From Antedon mediterranea (lineage: Eukaryota > Animalia > Echinodermata): 64,000 nt of DNA. The stretch is taken from positions 23,543,432 to 23,607,431 of the forward strand of contig NC_092679.1 in assembly GCF_964355755.1 (NCBI RefSeq), in the 5' to 3' direction. The notes below the pieces were generated by a model that did not search any database, was not told where the DNA came from, and saw only the letters and a program-made list of their open reading frames with translations. This document shows positions 39,757-53,900 of this stretch, piece after piece. Both the position numbers and the translations under genes were made by a program. Numbering within the stretch: position 1 is the first letter of the stretch; each line of letters begins with the position of its first letter.

Positions 39757-40620
39757 ATTTCCCTTTATTATAGAATGTGCTATGAGCCTTATCTACGCAA
39801 CCAATCTTATGGTTCTCTTTATTATAGAATGTGCTATGAGCCTTATCTACGCAACCAATCTTATGGTTCCCTTTATTATAGAATGTGCTATGAGCCTTAT
39901 CTACGCAACCAATCTTATGGTTCCCTTTATTATAGAATGTGCAATGAGCCTTATCTACGCAACCAATCTTATGGTTCCCTTTATTATAGAATGTGCAATG
40001 AGCCTTATCTACGCAACGAATCTTATGGTTCTCTTTATTATAGAATGTGCTATGAGCCTTATCTACGCAACCAATCTTATGGTTCTCTTTATTATAGAAT
40101 GTGCTATGAGCCTTATCTACGCAACGAATCTTATGGTTCTCTTTATTATAGAATGTGCTATGAGCCTTATCTACGCAACCAATCTTATGGTTCCCTTTAT
40201 TATAGAATGTGCAATGAGCCTTATCTACGCAACCAATCTTATGGTTCCCTTTATTATAGAATGTGCAATGAGCCTTATCTACGCAACGAATCTTATGGTT
40301 CTCTTTATTATAGAATGTGCTATGAGCCTTATCTACGCAACCAATCTTATGGTTCTCTTTATTATAGAATGTGCAATGAGCCTTATCTACGCAACCAATC
40401 TTATGGTTCTCTTTATTATAGAATGTGCTATGAGCCTTATCTACGCAACCAATCTTATGGTTCTCTTTATTATAGAATGTGCAATGAGCCTTATCTACGC
40501 AACCAATCTTATGGTTCTCTTTATTATAGAATGTGCTATGAGCCTTATCTACGCAACCAATCTTATGGTTCTCTTTATTATAGAATGTGCTATGAGCCTT
40601 ATCTACGCAACCAATCTTAT
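39757..40620. repeat. 54-bp minisatellite x16
   Basis: Unit ctttattatagaatgtgc(t/a)atgagccttatctacgcaac(c/g)aatcttatggttc(t/c). The long ORFs here are repeat artefacts. Confidence 0.97.
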
Positions 40621-41077
40621 AGAAAATAACTAATTCTAAAACATTTTATTGTCATAACCACAACGGAAATAAACATGTTTAATTGGTGACTGTTTGTGGC
40701 CGGCTATCCTGGTCAAAATCTTTACGTCAATTGTCTAACATTTCTTCTTAAAAGCCTACTTGAATGATAATCTTTGATATCATGTTTTCTGCTATTAATT
40801 GAAGGGTTATATCACATTTATATTTCTAATTTTAATAATTAAATATAAATGTATTAAATATACAATATACTATTTCTATTGATAATTTCTTTAATTACTA
40901 TTTGTTACATTACCGTATGTCTACAGTCATATATGGAGTTTCCCCAGATACAATAATAACGTTAGGTACATTTTACAATATTGTTTAATAGTATGTAAAC
41001 TGCATATCTTGAGCGTTAACTAACAATTTGATCACAATGTCTAATAATACACAATCAAACACTTATGTTTTTTATCT

Positions 41078-41214
41078 AAAGCATTGTCTACACTATCAAA
41101 CTTTATGTGCCCATATATGGTAGTGCTATGCTTAAATATGGTAGTAATACGACATCATCATGTCCATATATGGGCACATCACATAAAGTTTGATGATAGT
41201 GTAGACAGAGCTTT
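41078..41214. mobile_element. MITE, same family as 3777-3941
   Basis: TIRs taaagcattgtctacactatca / tgatagtgtagacagagcttta. Confidence 0.75.
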
Positions 41215-41326
41215 AGAAAGTTAATGGTCAATAATTGTAAAAAAAAATTACAGTGATGCACAATTTGATTAAATTAAGTAACTATACAAGAGTGTAAAAT
41301 GTAAAAAGTAACAAATTTGATTAAAC

Positions 41327-41672
41327 TTTCAACCGGTTTTCAGCTATTAAAAACAATTATCGTAGGAGGAGATAGGAAAATGCGAAGCGTCCTCGCATTT
41401 TTGTGGCGGGTATTTTTCAAGATGGACATCCATTAGACAGTGTATACCACGATCGGAAAACACCCCTATCTGGGGCAAATCGTTGAACCTAAATTCGTTT
41501 TAATCGTCAATAGCTAATTATCTAACTTAATTTAATTAGTAAACAGGGTTACATCAGGTGGTTAATATCAGTACCGAAAGTACGAACCAACTTTACATAC
41601 CATCGAGTAAAAATTCTAAAAGTAAGGCGCGATTTACCGAATTTTGCCCTTACGTAAATTTATATATAGATA
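41327..41672 (+). mobile_element. 5'-truncated copy of the Helentron-like element at 49106-50668
   Basis: Near-identical to 50323-50668 and ends in ttacgtaaatttatatatagat. Confidence 0.7.
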
Positions 41673-41905
41673 AACTAACTATACAAAATAAAAAAAATGA
41701 TAGTAAAAAGTGTAATGTAGGAACTACAGTTATTATTATTATAAATACTTGTAATGTTCACAATTTTCGTTTACATTCCTTCTTTCGATTACAACAATAT
41801 ATTCTTCATAACAACTACTTTTTAGTATATAGTTATGCAAACGATTACTGAAGTATTTACGTGTCTTTTAATGAGAACAAAAAATGTCAACAAAATGTTT
41901 AGGTT

Positions 41906-44900
41906 TTATCTGTCAGTATTTCTAGGTCTCATTTCCTGAAGCTGTATAACAACCACAGGTCGTGTTCGATTGGTATGGGCAACGTTTGGTTTCTTATCTT
42001 TGCTTAAACAAGTAAAGCAACAGTTGATAATTGTGTATAGATAGGGATTGACCGAGGAGTTAATTGGTATGATGAACATTGCAGAAAAAACATACATTTG
42101 CACAGGAGGTGTCCACCAATCCAGTTCAGCACCAATTGCCATCAATACAATAGGAAACCAGCAACAAAAATCTGTGAAAACTAGAAAGCCTATTTTCACT
42201 GCTAGTTTGATATCTTCTTTTCTTCTTCGATTTCTGTTAGCACCTGCTGATGTGCGTTTGATAGACACGAAAATGATTATATAACTTGCAGAGATGACGA
42301 TAAAACCTACACTGTTGAATCCGATACAGGTAGCAAAAGCATACTCCCAGCCTGGCCAATGGCTTTTTGATAACGGCAGTGCAAGGCACACACTCTTTAC
42401 TCCATAATAATTATACCCGAAATAATGCCACGCCACGTCGCGGTCGTAGTAATGGTTGTCTGTTATGGCGTTTGCTACTAGTGGAAGAAAACTGAGCATA
42501 ATCCAACATACCCATGCAATTCCGATAATAATCCTACAAGTTCTGCAACTAAGACGTTTGGTACTAAATGGATAAGCGATGTTTATAGCACGGTCGATGC
42601 TTAAAAGCATTAATGTAAAAACCGAAGACTGACCAGAGAGAGTGGCAATGGCACCAGCCAAACTGCAAAGAAAACTCCCCTTCCAATTCAATTCAAATTG
42701 TGCATATCGCCCTCTGTAATACATATCTACACTTAAAATGATAATCAAATAGATTACCATTAGCAGGTCCGACACGGCAAGGTTGGTGATGAGTGAGGTT
42801 TGCACTTTATTAATTTCGTTTTCATTACTTTTGTTGTTATCCTTTTTACACTGTCGTGATATGATAACGACTGAATTGCCACTAAGTGCTGAAATTACAA
42901 TGATCCACATCAATACCCGTATGTATTCACTTCCTAGTAAGTCTTCACATGAAGCAAATGGATCTACCTCATCGGGATAGCAATATTCAATGTCAATGGA
43001 ACAAAAACATGATACATCCGAGAACCTATTAGAGGAAAGTTAAACATAATTTAATAATAAATATTTCATCTTTTAGAGGAAACATTGCAACTGGACTGGA
43101 ACTTTTTGTATCATGATAATGAGTAAATTATATAGTCTAATGAGAAAAGGAAATAATAAGATGTTTGTATCATTACCTTCTCAAATAATGTAAACAACTA
43201 CCTAAAACGTCGGACGGGACATTTATGAATTTTAAATGCATGTATGAAATTAATAAACAAAAACATTAAATACTAACGTAACTATATTAAGTTTAAACAA
43301 AAAATGTTTTCACATTTTGATGCAAGGTTTATGAAATAAATAGGATTTTTAAATTTCCCGTCCGTAACATCAAATATATGTTTTTTATAATTAATATTCA
43401 ATAATTTAAAAATCAGAAAAATTACAAAAATATTTATTAATAAACTTCAACATTTCTACTTTGAAAATGGCCAAGAGTTGTATCAAAATCAGTAAATGAG
43501 CATTTTCAACTCACGAACCAAATACTGTGGAATGCCCCTATGAAGGTTTTGCTGATGACCTGGATGCACTGTGCTACAAACGATTTCGAGAAATGGGCTT
43601 AACTAAGATTTCATGATACATGACTTTGAATCAATTCCGCCAACTCCAGTGGCAGTTTGTAATCACACAGTGCTCGTGTATAACAATGTATAGACAAAGG
43701 CATCAACTTATATTCGAAAAAATAGAGATGTATTCAAGCTAGATCATCTTGAACCCACCCCTCTCGACAGATTTTAATCGTCAACAAACCGATTGTAATA
43801 CATGTAACTTAAGTTAAGTCAAAATCTCTCTCTAAAATAGTTCATACATTTTTTTTCTAATGAATCATGTTTAAAAACTATGCATATTTCTCAAACCTTT
43901 CCTTTTGAGAAAATGGCGGCCATTTAGACCACTTATTTTTTGCTGACCAAATAAGCCTATACTTACAATGTTTTTAAGTTTGTCAATTCCTCAAAAGTAC
44001 TCAAACTGTAATACTGTAAGTTGTTATCTTGTAACCATCTACAGAATAATAGTTTTAGATAATTAAATCAAGCATAGGCATAAACATGATTAGTAAAATG
44101 TGTAACACAACAAACACTCCCCGCAAAAAAATCTTATTCGAAGCTTATTATACTCTGTAGTGTTTATTTCAACAGAATAAAAAATACTGTTAAATTGGTA
44201 TTGAAATTACAACAGTGTTTAACTTACAATGATGTCAGTGATGAAGCAAAAAAAGTAAATGCATTTCGATCTATTGTAGTTATTCTGTTGTTATCTAAAT
44301 GCCTTTAAAAGATAAATCAATTAGACATAAAATTGTATATGTATATTACATTATGGAAGGGTACAACATATATGGGGAATAATCAGATTGTATTTAAAAG
44401 AAATTATAAATACTTTAAACACTGGATTGATTCCGGTTTTATGACAATTAGAGACGTAAATATGTTTTATAAATTCAGACACGTTATTAAGAAAATTAAA
44501 AAGAGAAAAGGGGTAGCAGAATTCTTGTTAATATACAAAACATTCAATTCTATTCAACTGGAAAATAAAGATATTTTTTTTTTATCTTTTGTGGCGTAAA
44601 CACCACTTTTATTCACATTCATATTATCTTTCATGTCATCACATAAAATCATATTATTTATCACATTTTTGTTAATTCCTAATGTCATTAGAATTTGATA
44701 AACTTCATCATTTTTAAATCTTTGTATTTTATTTTAATTTTATTTAAAACATATTTATGCCTTTACAGGATAAAAACATATCAGGTATAGATGTATCACC
44801 TGTTTTACATATGGTCATGTTTATAGTAAATAAAAGGTTAAAATATGCATACAGTTTATACAAAGACGCCGTTTGGTCTAAATAACCTAAAAATAATCTA

Positions 44901-47900
44901 AAAAATAAAGATAATCATCCAAATGCATGTGTCAATAATCATCCAAATGCATGTGTCAATAATCATCCAAATGCATTTGTCAATAATCATCCAAATGCAT
45001 GTGTCAATAATCATCCAAATGCATTTGTCAATAATCATCCAAATGCATGTGTCAATAATCATCCAAATGCATTTCTCAATAATCATCCAAATGCATGTGT
45101 CAATAATCATCCAAATGCATTTGTCAATAATCATCCAAATGCATGTGTCAATCATCAAAATGCATGTGTCAATAATCATCCAAATGCATGTGTCAATAAT
45201 CATCCAAATGCATGTGTCAATAATCATCCAAATGCATGTGTCAATAATCATCCAAATGCATGTGTCAATCATCATCCAAATGCATGTGTCAATCATCATC
45301 CAAATGCATGTGTCAATAATCATCCAAATGCATGTGTCAATAATCATCCAAATGCATGTGTCAATAATCATCCAAATGCATGTGTCAATAATCATCCAAA
45401 TGCATGTGTCAATAATCATCCAAATGCATGTGTCAATAATCATCCAAATGCATGTGTCAATAATCATCCAAATGCATGTGTCAATAATCATCCAAATGCA
45501 TGTGTCAATAATCATCCAAATGCATGTGTCAATAATCATCCAAATGCATGTGTCAATAATCATCCAAATGCATGTGTCAATAATCATCCAAATGCATGTG
45601 TCAATAATCATCCAAATGCATGTGTCAATAATCATCCAAATGCATGTGTCAATCATCCAAATGCATGTGTCAATAATCATCCAAATGCATGTGTCAATAA
45701 TCAGCCAAATGCATGTGTCAATAATCAGCCAAATGCATGTGTCAATAATCATCCAAATGCATGTGTCAATAATCATCCAAATGCATGTGTCAATAATCAT
45801 CCAAATGCATGTGTCAATAATCATCCAAATGCATGTGTCAATAATCATCCAAATGCATGTGTCAATCATCCAAATGCATGTGTCAATAATCATCCAAATG
45901 CATGTGTCAATAATCATCCAAATGCACGTGTCAATAATCATCCAAATGCATGTGTCAATAATCATCCAAATGCATGTGTCAATAATCATCCAAATGCATG
46001 TGTCAATAATCATCCAAATGCATGTGTCAATAATCATCCAAATGCATGTGTCAATAATCATCCAAATGCATGTGTCAATAATCATCCAAATGCATGTGTC
46101 AATAATCATCCAAATGCATGTGTCAATAATCATCCAAATGCATGTGTCAATAATCATCCAAATGCATGTGTCAATAATCATCCAAATGCATGTGTCAATA
46201 ATCATCCAAATGCATGTGTCAATAATCATCCAAATGCATGTGTCAATAATCATCCAAATGCATGTGTCAATAATCATCCAAATGCATGTGTCAATAATCA
46301 TCCAAATGCATGTGTCAATAATCATCCAAATGCATGTGTCAATAATCATCCAAATGCATGTGTCAATAATCATCCAAATGCATGTGTCAATAATCATCCA
46401 AATGCATGTGTCAATAATCATCCAAATGCATGTGTCAATAATCATCCAAATGCATGTGTCAATAATCATCCAAATGCATGTGTCAATAATCATCCAAATG
46501 CATGTGTCAATAATCATCCAAATGCATGTGTCAATAATCATCCAAATGCATGTGTCAATAATCATCCAAATGCATGTGTCAATAATCATCCAAATGCATG
46601 TGTCAATAATCATCCAAATGCATGTGTCAATAATCATCCAAATGCATGTGTCAATAATCATCCAAATGCATGTGTCAATAATCATCCAAATGCATGTGTC
46701 AATAATCATCCAAATGCATGTGTCAATAATCATCCAAATGCATGTGTCAATAATCATCCAAATGCATGTGTCAATAATCATCCAAATGCATGTGTCAATA
46801 ATCATCCAAATGCATGTGTCAATAATCATCCAAATGCATGTGTCAATAATCATCCAAATGCATGTGTCAATAATCATCCAAATGCATGTGTCAATAATCA
46901 TCCAAATGCATGTGTCAATAATCATCCAAATGCATGTGTCAATAATCATCCAAATGCATGTGTCAATAATCATCCAAATGCATGTGTCAATAATCATCCA
47001 AATGCATGTGTCAATAATCATCCAAATGCATGTGTCAATAATCATCCAAATGCATGTGTCAATCATCCAAATGCATGTGTCAATAATCATCCAAATGCAT
47101 GTGTCAATAATCAGCCAAATGCATGTGTCAATAATCAGCCAAATGCATGTGTCAATAATCATCCAAATGCATGTGTCAATAATCATCCAAATGCATGTGT
47201 CAATAATCATCCAAATGCATGTGTCAATAATCATCCAAATGCATGTGTCAATAATCATCCAAATGCATGTGTCAATCATCCAAATGCATGTGTCAATAAT
47301 CATCCAAATGCATGTGTCAATAATCATCCAAATGCACGTGTCAATAATCATCCAAATGCACGTGTCAATAATCATCCAAATGCATGTGTCAATAATCATC
47401 CAAATGCATGTGTCAATAATCATCCAAATGCATGTGTCAATAATCATCCAAATGCATGTGTCAATAATCATCCAAATGCATGTGTCAATAATCATCCAAA
47501 TGCATGTGTCAATAATCATCCAAATGCATGTGTCAATAATCATCCAAATGCATGTGTCAATAATCATCCAAATGCATGTGTCAATAATCATCCAAATGCA
47601 TGTGTCAATAATCATCCAAATGCATGTGTCAATAATCATCCAAATGCATGTGTCAATAATCATCCAAATGCATGTGTCAATAATCATCCAAATGCATGTG
47701 TCAATAATCATCCAAATGCATGTGTCAATAATCATCCAAATGCATGTGTCAATAATCATCCAAATGCATGTGTCAATAATCATCCAAATGCATGTGTCAA
47801 TAATCATCCAAATGCATGTGTCAATAATCATCCAAATGCATGTGTCAATAATCATCCAAATGCATGTGTCAATAATCATCCAAATGCATGTGTCAATAAT

Positions 47901-50900
47901 CATCCAAATGCATGTGTCAATAATCATCCAAATGCATGTGTCAATAATCATCCAAATGCATGTGTCAATAATCATCCAAATGCATGTGTCAATAATCATC
48001 CAAATGCATGTGTCAATAATCATCCAAATGCATGTGTCAATAATCATCCAAATGCATGTGTCAATAATCATCCAAATGCATGTGTCAATAATCATCCAAA
48101 TGCATGTGTCAATAATCATCCAAATGCATGTGTCAATAATCATCCAAATGCATGTGTCAATAATCATCCAAATGCATGTGTCAATAATCATCCAAATGCA
48201 TGTGTCAATAATCATCCAAATGCATGTGTCAATAATCATCCAAATGCATGTGTCAATAATCATCCAAATGCATGTGTCAATAATCATCCAAATGCATGTG
48301 TCAATAATCATCCAAATGCATGTGTCAATAATCATCCAAATGCATGTGTCAATAATCATCCAAATGCATGTGTCAATAATCATCCAAATGCATGTGTCAA
48401 TAATCATCCAAATGCATGTGTCAATAATCATCCAAATGCATGTGTCAATAATCATCCAAATGCATGTGTCAATAATCATCCAAATGCATGTGTCAATCAT
48501 CCAAATGCATGTGTCAATCATCCAAATGCATGTGTCAATAATCATCCAAATGCATGTGTCAATAATCATCCAAATGCATGTGTCAATAATCATCCAAATG
48601 CATGTGTCAATAATCATCTAAATGCATGTGTCAATAATCATCTAAATGCATGTGTCAATAATCATCTAAATGCATGTGTCAATCATCAAAATGCATGTGT
48701 CAATCATCAAAATGCATGTGTCAATCATCATGAAGTCATACAACTACCACAATTCAATTTAAACTAATGATATTTATACAAATAAAAATTAACTCTCCGA
48801 ATAAATCTCAAATAAAATGGGATAGAGAACTTAACATAGATATTGAATGGGAAAAGGTATGGACACAAAAAAGTATGCAAGATAAAGGAAACAAAATATG
48901 GTGCACTTTAACTTTAAATTATTACACAAAATACTGCCAACAAACAAAAGGATTCATACATGGAAGGTCAATAGATTATAACATATGTCTAAAATGTCAT
49001 ACAATCGAAGAAGAAACACATGCGTATACGCCAAACAAGTATGGACTACGATACATGAAATAACAGAGCAATATTATAAGCTTTGAGAATATCATAATTG
49101 TAACAGACTAGATGGCACGCTCGCTTCGCTCGCGTACCATCTAGGTCGTGCCCACAGATGGTTCTCGAATACACAGTATTTCCAGCGAGAAAAAAATGGA
49201 GATTTCAAATGTACGTACTGCCGGACTATAATACATTGTCGTTTACAGAAACGAATAAATATACACAATGATTTATGTAGTCAGCTAAAATTAGCACCCT
49301 GGGAATTACTTCCGAGAGAGAAACAAAATGAGTCAATTTTTTTTATTTGGACTCATTTAAACAAACCCAATTTGTGTTTTGTATGTAACATTAAGGGTTG
49401 AGGGATGGGGGAAGAAGATAGGTACAAAGAGGAAACATTTTAAAATATATTCCTATCCACTCAGTAACGAAATATTGTTTTTAATGTTTTATAGGCCTAT
49501 AAATAATATACCACTAAATACAGTAAAACATTTACGATTTAATACGGTACTTTGTTAAAACTCTCACTGTCATAGTCGATTGAAATAGTAAAGTACATGT
49601 AACGATACACCACTACGACGTTTATATATTTTTTAATTATTAATTAATACAAACGTTGAGAAGCAACTGTCAGTAATAACGTTTATTTATTTGTATATTA
49701 TATGTTTATAATCTAACAGTAGGGCCTACCCACATTCACAGTAATAAAGTTTATTTGTATATATTTTTATATTACATCTAACAGTACCAACACTCACAGT
49801 AAGAAATTTGCGATTCAAATTGCGATCAAAAGTGGTTAATACCTTAACAGTATTGTACAGCATTGCAATACTATTTATGTTTATTCTCCAAGGGGGCCCA
49901 TAAATCTAAATCTATACCTCTATGGTTAAACCAAATAATTTGGAATGTTTATTTGTATATTATATGTTTATAATCTAACAGTAGGGCCTACCCACACTCA
50001 CAGTAATAAAGTTTATTTGTATATATTTTTATATTACATCTAACAGTACCAACACTCACAGTAAGAAATTTGCGATTCAAATTGCGATCAAAAGTGGTTA
50101 ATACCTTAACAGTATTGTACAGCATTGCAATACTATTTATGTTTATTCTCCAAGGGGGCCCATAAATCTAAATCTATACCTGTATGGTTAAACCAAATAA
50201 TTTGGAATGTTCCATTCATCACAAATCAATACATTTGTAAAAACGTATATTAAATGTATCAAAATAGTATTTTTTAAAGAAAATCGGCCTGTCTTCAACA
50301 TTATGATGGTGTACTCTAGCTGTTCAACCGGTTTTCAGCTATTAAAAACAATTATCGTAGGAGGAGATAGGAAAATGCGAAGCCTCCTCGCATTTTTGTG
50401 GCGGGTATTTTTCAAGATGGACATCCATTATACAGTGTATACCACGGTCGGAAAACACCCCTATTTGGGGCAAATCTTGGAACCTAAATTCGTTTTAACC
50501 GTCAATAACTTATTATCTAACTTAATTTAATTAGTAAACAGGGTTACATCAGGTGGTTAAAATCAGTACCGAAAGTACGAACCAACTTTATATACCATCG
50601 AGTAAAAATTCTAGAAGTAAGGCGCGATTTACCGAATTTTGCCCTTACGTAAATTTATATATAGATAAACAGTTTAAAAAAACATATTTTCGGGTTAAAT
50701 TATTGTAAATGTCAATGGGCAAACTGTATGGTATCAAATGAAAGCATACACAATATGCTACCCATTGCTACCCAACTTGTTTTGTAAATGTTTAATTATG
50801 AGGCTAATTTTATGGAAAATGTTCATAATTTGACTACTTTTATACATCAAAAATGAATATTTGGTAGCGTAATTGTTGTGTTTATTTATATAATATTAAA

Positions 50901-53900
50901 TAATTTAAGTGTTTGGAAGAACTATTTAGTATCAAATAAAAGCCCATACACTATTCTATCCATTGCTACCCAACTTGTAATAGAAATCTGTAATTATGAT
51001 GCTAATTTTGTGAAAAATGTGCATATTTTATTGATAATGCAACAAGAGAAGCGAGCATCGTCACTTGGTTGGTGTCGAATGGCACCAGGTGGGACCAAGG
51101 GACCGTTTTAACAATTAAAAAAAGGGTTACTTTATATACTCACAGTATCTTCAATGCTGTCAAATCAGCAAATGCAGTGGCTGACAATGTAACTATTTGG
51201 TTATAGCTCAAATCCCTTTAAAAAAAGAATGCAAAGGTAAAAATTATAAATTAGCGGCGGCACCAGGATCGTCCCGACAGAGGGGGGGGGGGGATTGATA
51301 TGCAACAAGCGAAGAGAGCATCATCACTTGGTTGGTGCTAGGGCCACAGTTAGGGGATCCGGGGGAAGAATGACGTTCAGCGTATTTAATTTGAGGCCAT
51401 TTTAATGAATAAAATAAGTTAACTTAATGTACTTACAGTTCTTTCAATGCTGTCAAATCAGCAAATGCATTCGCTGGCAATGTACCTATTTGGTTATGGC
51501 TCAAATCCCTTTAAAGAAAGAATGCGAACGTAGAATACAATTATACATCATTATTATTGTGATAAATATTTACTACAAAATACAAACTATTTCAAAAAAT
51601 TACTTATTTCATTCAAGGGGGATATGCAACAAGCGAAGTGAGCATCACTTGGCTGGTGCATATCAAGGGGCCCAGGTGGGACCAAGGGGCCGTTTTAATA
51701 ATTAAACAAAAGGTTACTTAATATACTCACAGTTCTTCCAATGCTGTCAAATCAGCAAATGCATTGGCTGGCAATGTACCTATTTGGTTATTGGTCAAAT
51801 CCCTTTTAAAAAAGAATGCAAAAGTAAGAATTATAAATTAGCGGTGGCACCAGGATCGTACCGACAGGGGTGGGGAGGGGGGTGATATGCAACAAGCCAA
51901 GCGAGCATCGTCACTTGGTTGGTACATGTCAAATGGCACCAGGTGGGACCATGGGACCGTTTTAATAATTAAAAAAAGGGTTACTTTATATACTCACAGT
52001 TTCTTCAATGCTGTCAAACCAGCAAATTCATTGGCTGACAATGTAACTATTTGGCTATAGCTCAAATTCTTTCAAAGAATGCAAAGGTAAAAATTATAAA
52101 TTAGCGGCGGCACCAGGATCGTCCCGACAGAGGGGGGGGGGGGGATTGATATGCAACAAGCGAAGAGAGCATCATCACTTGGTTGGTGCTAGGGCCACAG
52201 TTAGGGGATCCAGGGGAAGAATGACGTTCAGCGTATTTAATTTGAGGCCATTTTAATGAATAAAATAAGTTAACTTTATATACTCACAGTAACGTCAATG
52301 CTGTCAAATCAGCAAATGCATTGGCTGGCAATGTAACTATTTGGTTAAACCTCAAATCCCTTTAAAGAAAGAATACAAACGTAGAATACAATTATACATT
52401 ATATTAATGTGATAAATATTTACTACAAAATACACATTAGGCCTACTACAAAAATTACTTAATTCATTATATTTCATTATATTATATTTTGTAATTTTAG
52501 CATGACCCGTCCTAGTTTACAAAATACCAAAAACGTCGGCCTCTAGAACTATAACTGCTGCTGCTTGCTTTAGCTTCTGAATGAGTAGACCTCTTGGAAC
52601 GTAGCTGGCTAAAGCTGCGGCGTGAAAAAAAGAGTTACTTAATATACTCACAGGATTTCCAATGCTGTCAAATCAGCAAATACATTGGCTGGCAATGTAA
52701 CTATTTGGTTATTGCCCAAAAACCTTTAAAGAAAGAATACAAACGTAGAATACAATTATACATTATATTAATGCGATAAATATTTACTACAAATTAATAC
52801 AAACAATTTACTTATTTCATTATATTTCCGCTGAACGACACGAAATGACAGAAAAACAGTTTTTTATGGAGTTTTTATGAATGTATCTCTGTGTTATTAT
52901 TTGAACAATTGTTATGGCTGTATTTTTTTTAATAGTTTTTGAAACATCGTCGGCATTGACATTTTAAAGTAAGATTTCAATTTTTCAATTTCAATTTCTA
53001 TTTAGATGATCTCAAAATCGTACTATGTTAAAGTAGACATGTTCGTAACATTGTTTTATTCTGAAAACGAAAACGTCTATAACCTTTGACCTGGTACACC
53101 ATGCTTCAAAATCCCAATCAGGCTTTCTAATGACCTAGTGTTAAATGCATTGGCTGGCAATGTAACTATTTGGTTATAGCTCAAACCCCTTTAAAGAAAG
53201 GGAGTTCAGGTTATTATTTGCCATTTCTTTTGTTTTCTCATGTTTTACTATTTTAAACCATTTTTACCATTCATCATTATTGTTGATACCAATATAATAA
53301 CCATTTGTAATTAGCGCGCCTACATAGGTGTGTAATGTTGGACAAATTGCTCTGCATACCATAGTCACAGCAACACATTTGAAATAATTATATCAATAGA
53401 CAACACATCGCTGATAATAAAACTGTCTGTTAATTAAATTGTAAACTGTAATTGTGGTTTGTCTAACAGAATCTTGACTTAAAATAGGACTATGGGGGAA
53501 AATGTCACCTTTTATTAGGCTATTACCTCAGTTTTCATAGTTAAAATATCAATTTTTAATACATTTATAATAACGTGAGAGTGCCATTTCCGACCATCTA
53601 GAGGTGTTATATTTTCAAAATCGCCTAAAACTCAGCCCAACATGGTTGGTGTGGACTCTACAGTTGCGCCCCCCCCCCCCGCCTTCACAAAATCCTGGAT
53701 CCGCCCCTGTGGCCGAATGACGTATTTTAAGGCCGTTTTAATGAATACAATAAGTTAACTTTATATACTTACAGTGCTTCCAATGCTGTCAAATCAGCAA
53801 ATATATTGGCTGGCAATGTAACTATTTTATTACCGTACAAATACCTTTGAAAAGAGAATACAAAAGTAAAATTTACAAATTAGCCGTGGTACCAAGGTGA

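Noticed and set aside
39718-40633. Two overlapping 300-aa repeat ORFs
   Set aside because: They are artefacts of the 54-bp minisatellite, which is open in two frames.
44898-48621. 1239-aa and 1232-aa ORFs on opposite strands
   Set aside because: They are translations of a stop-free 24-bp satellite inside an intron, with no evidence of coding function.
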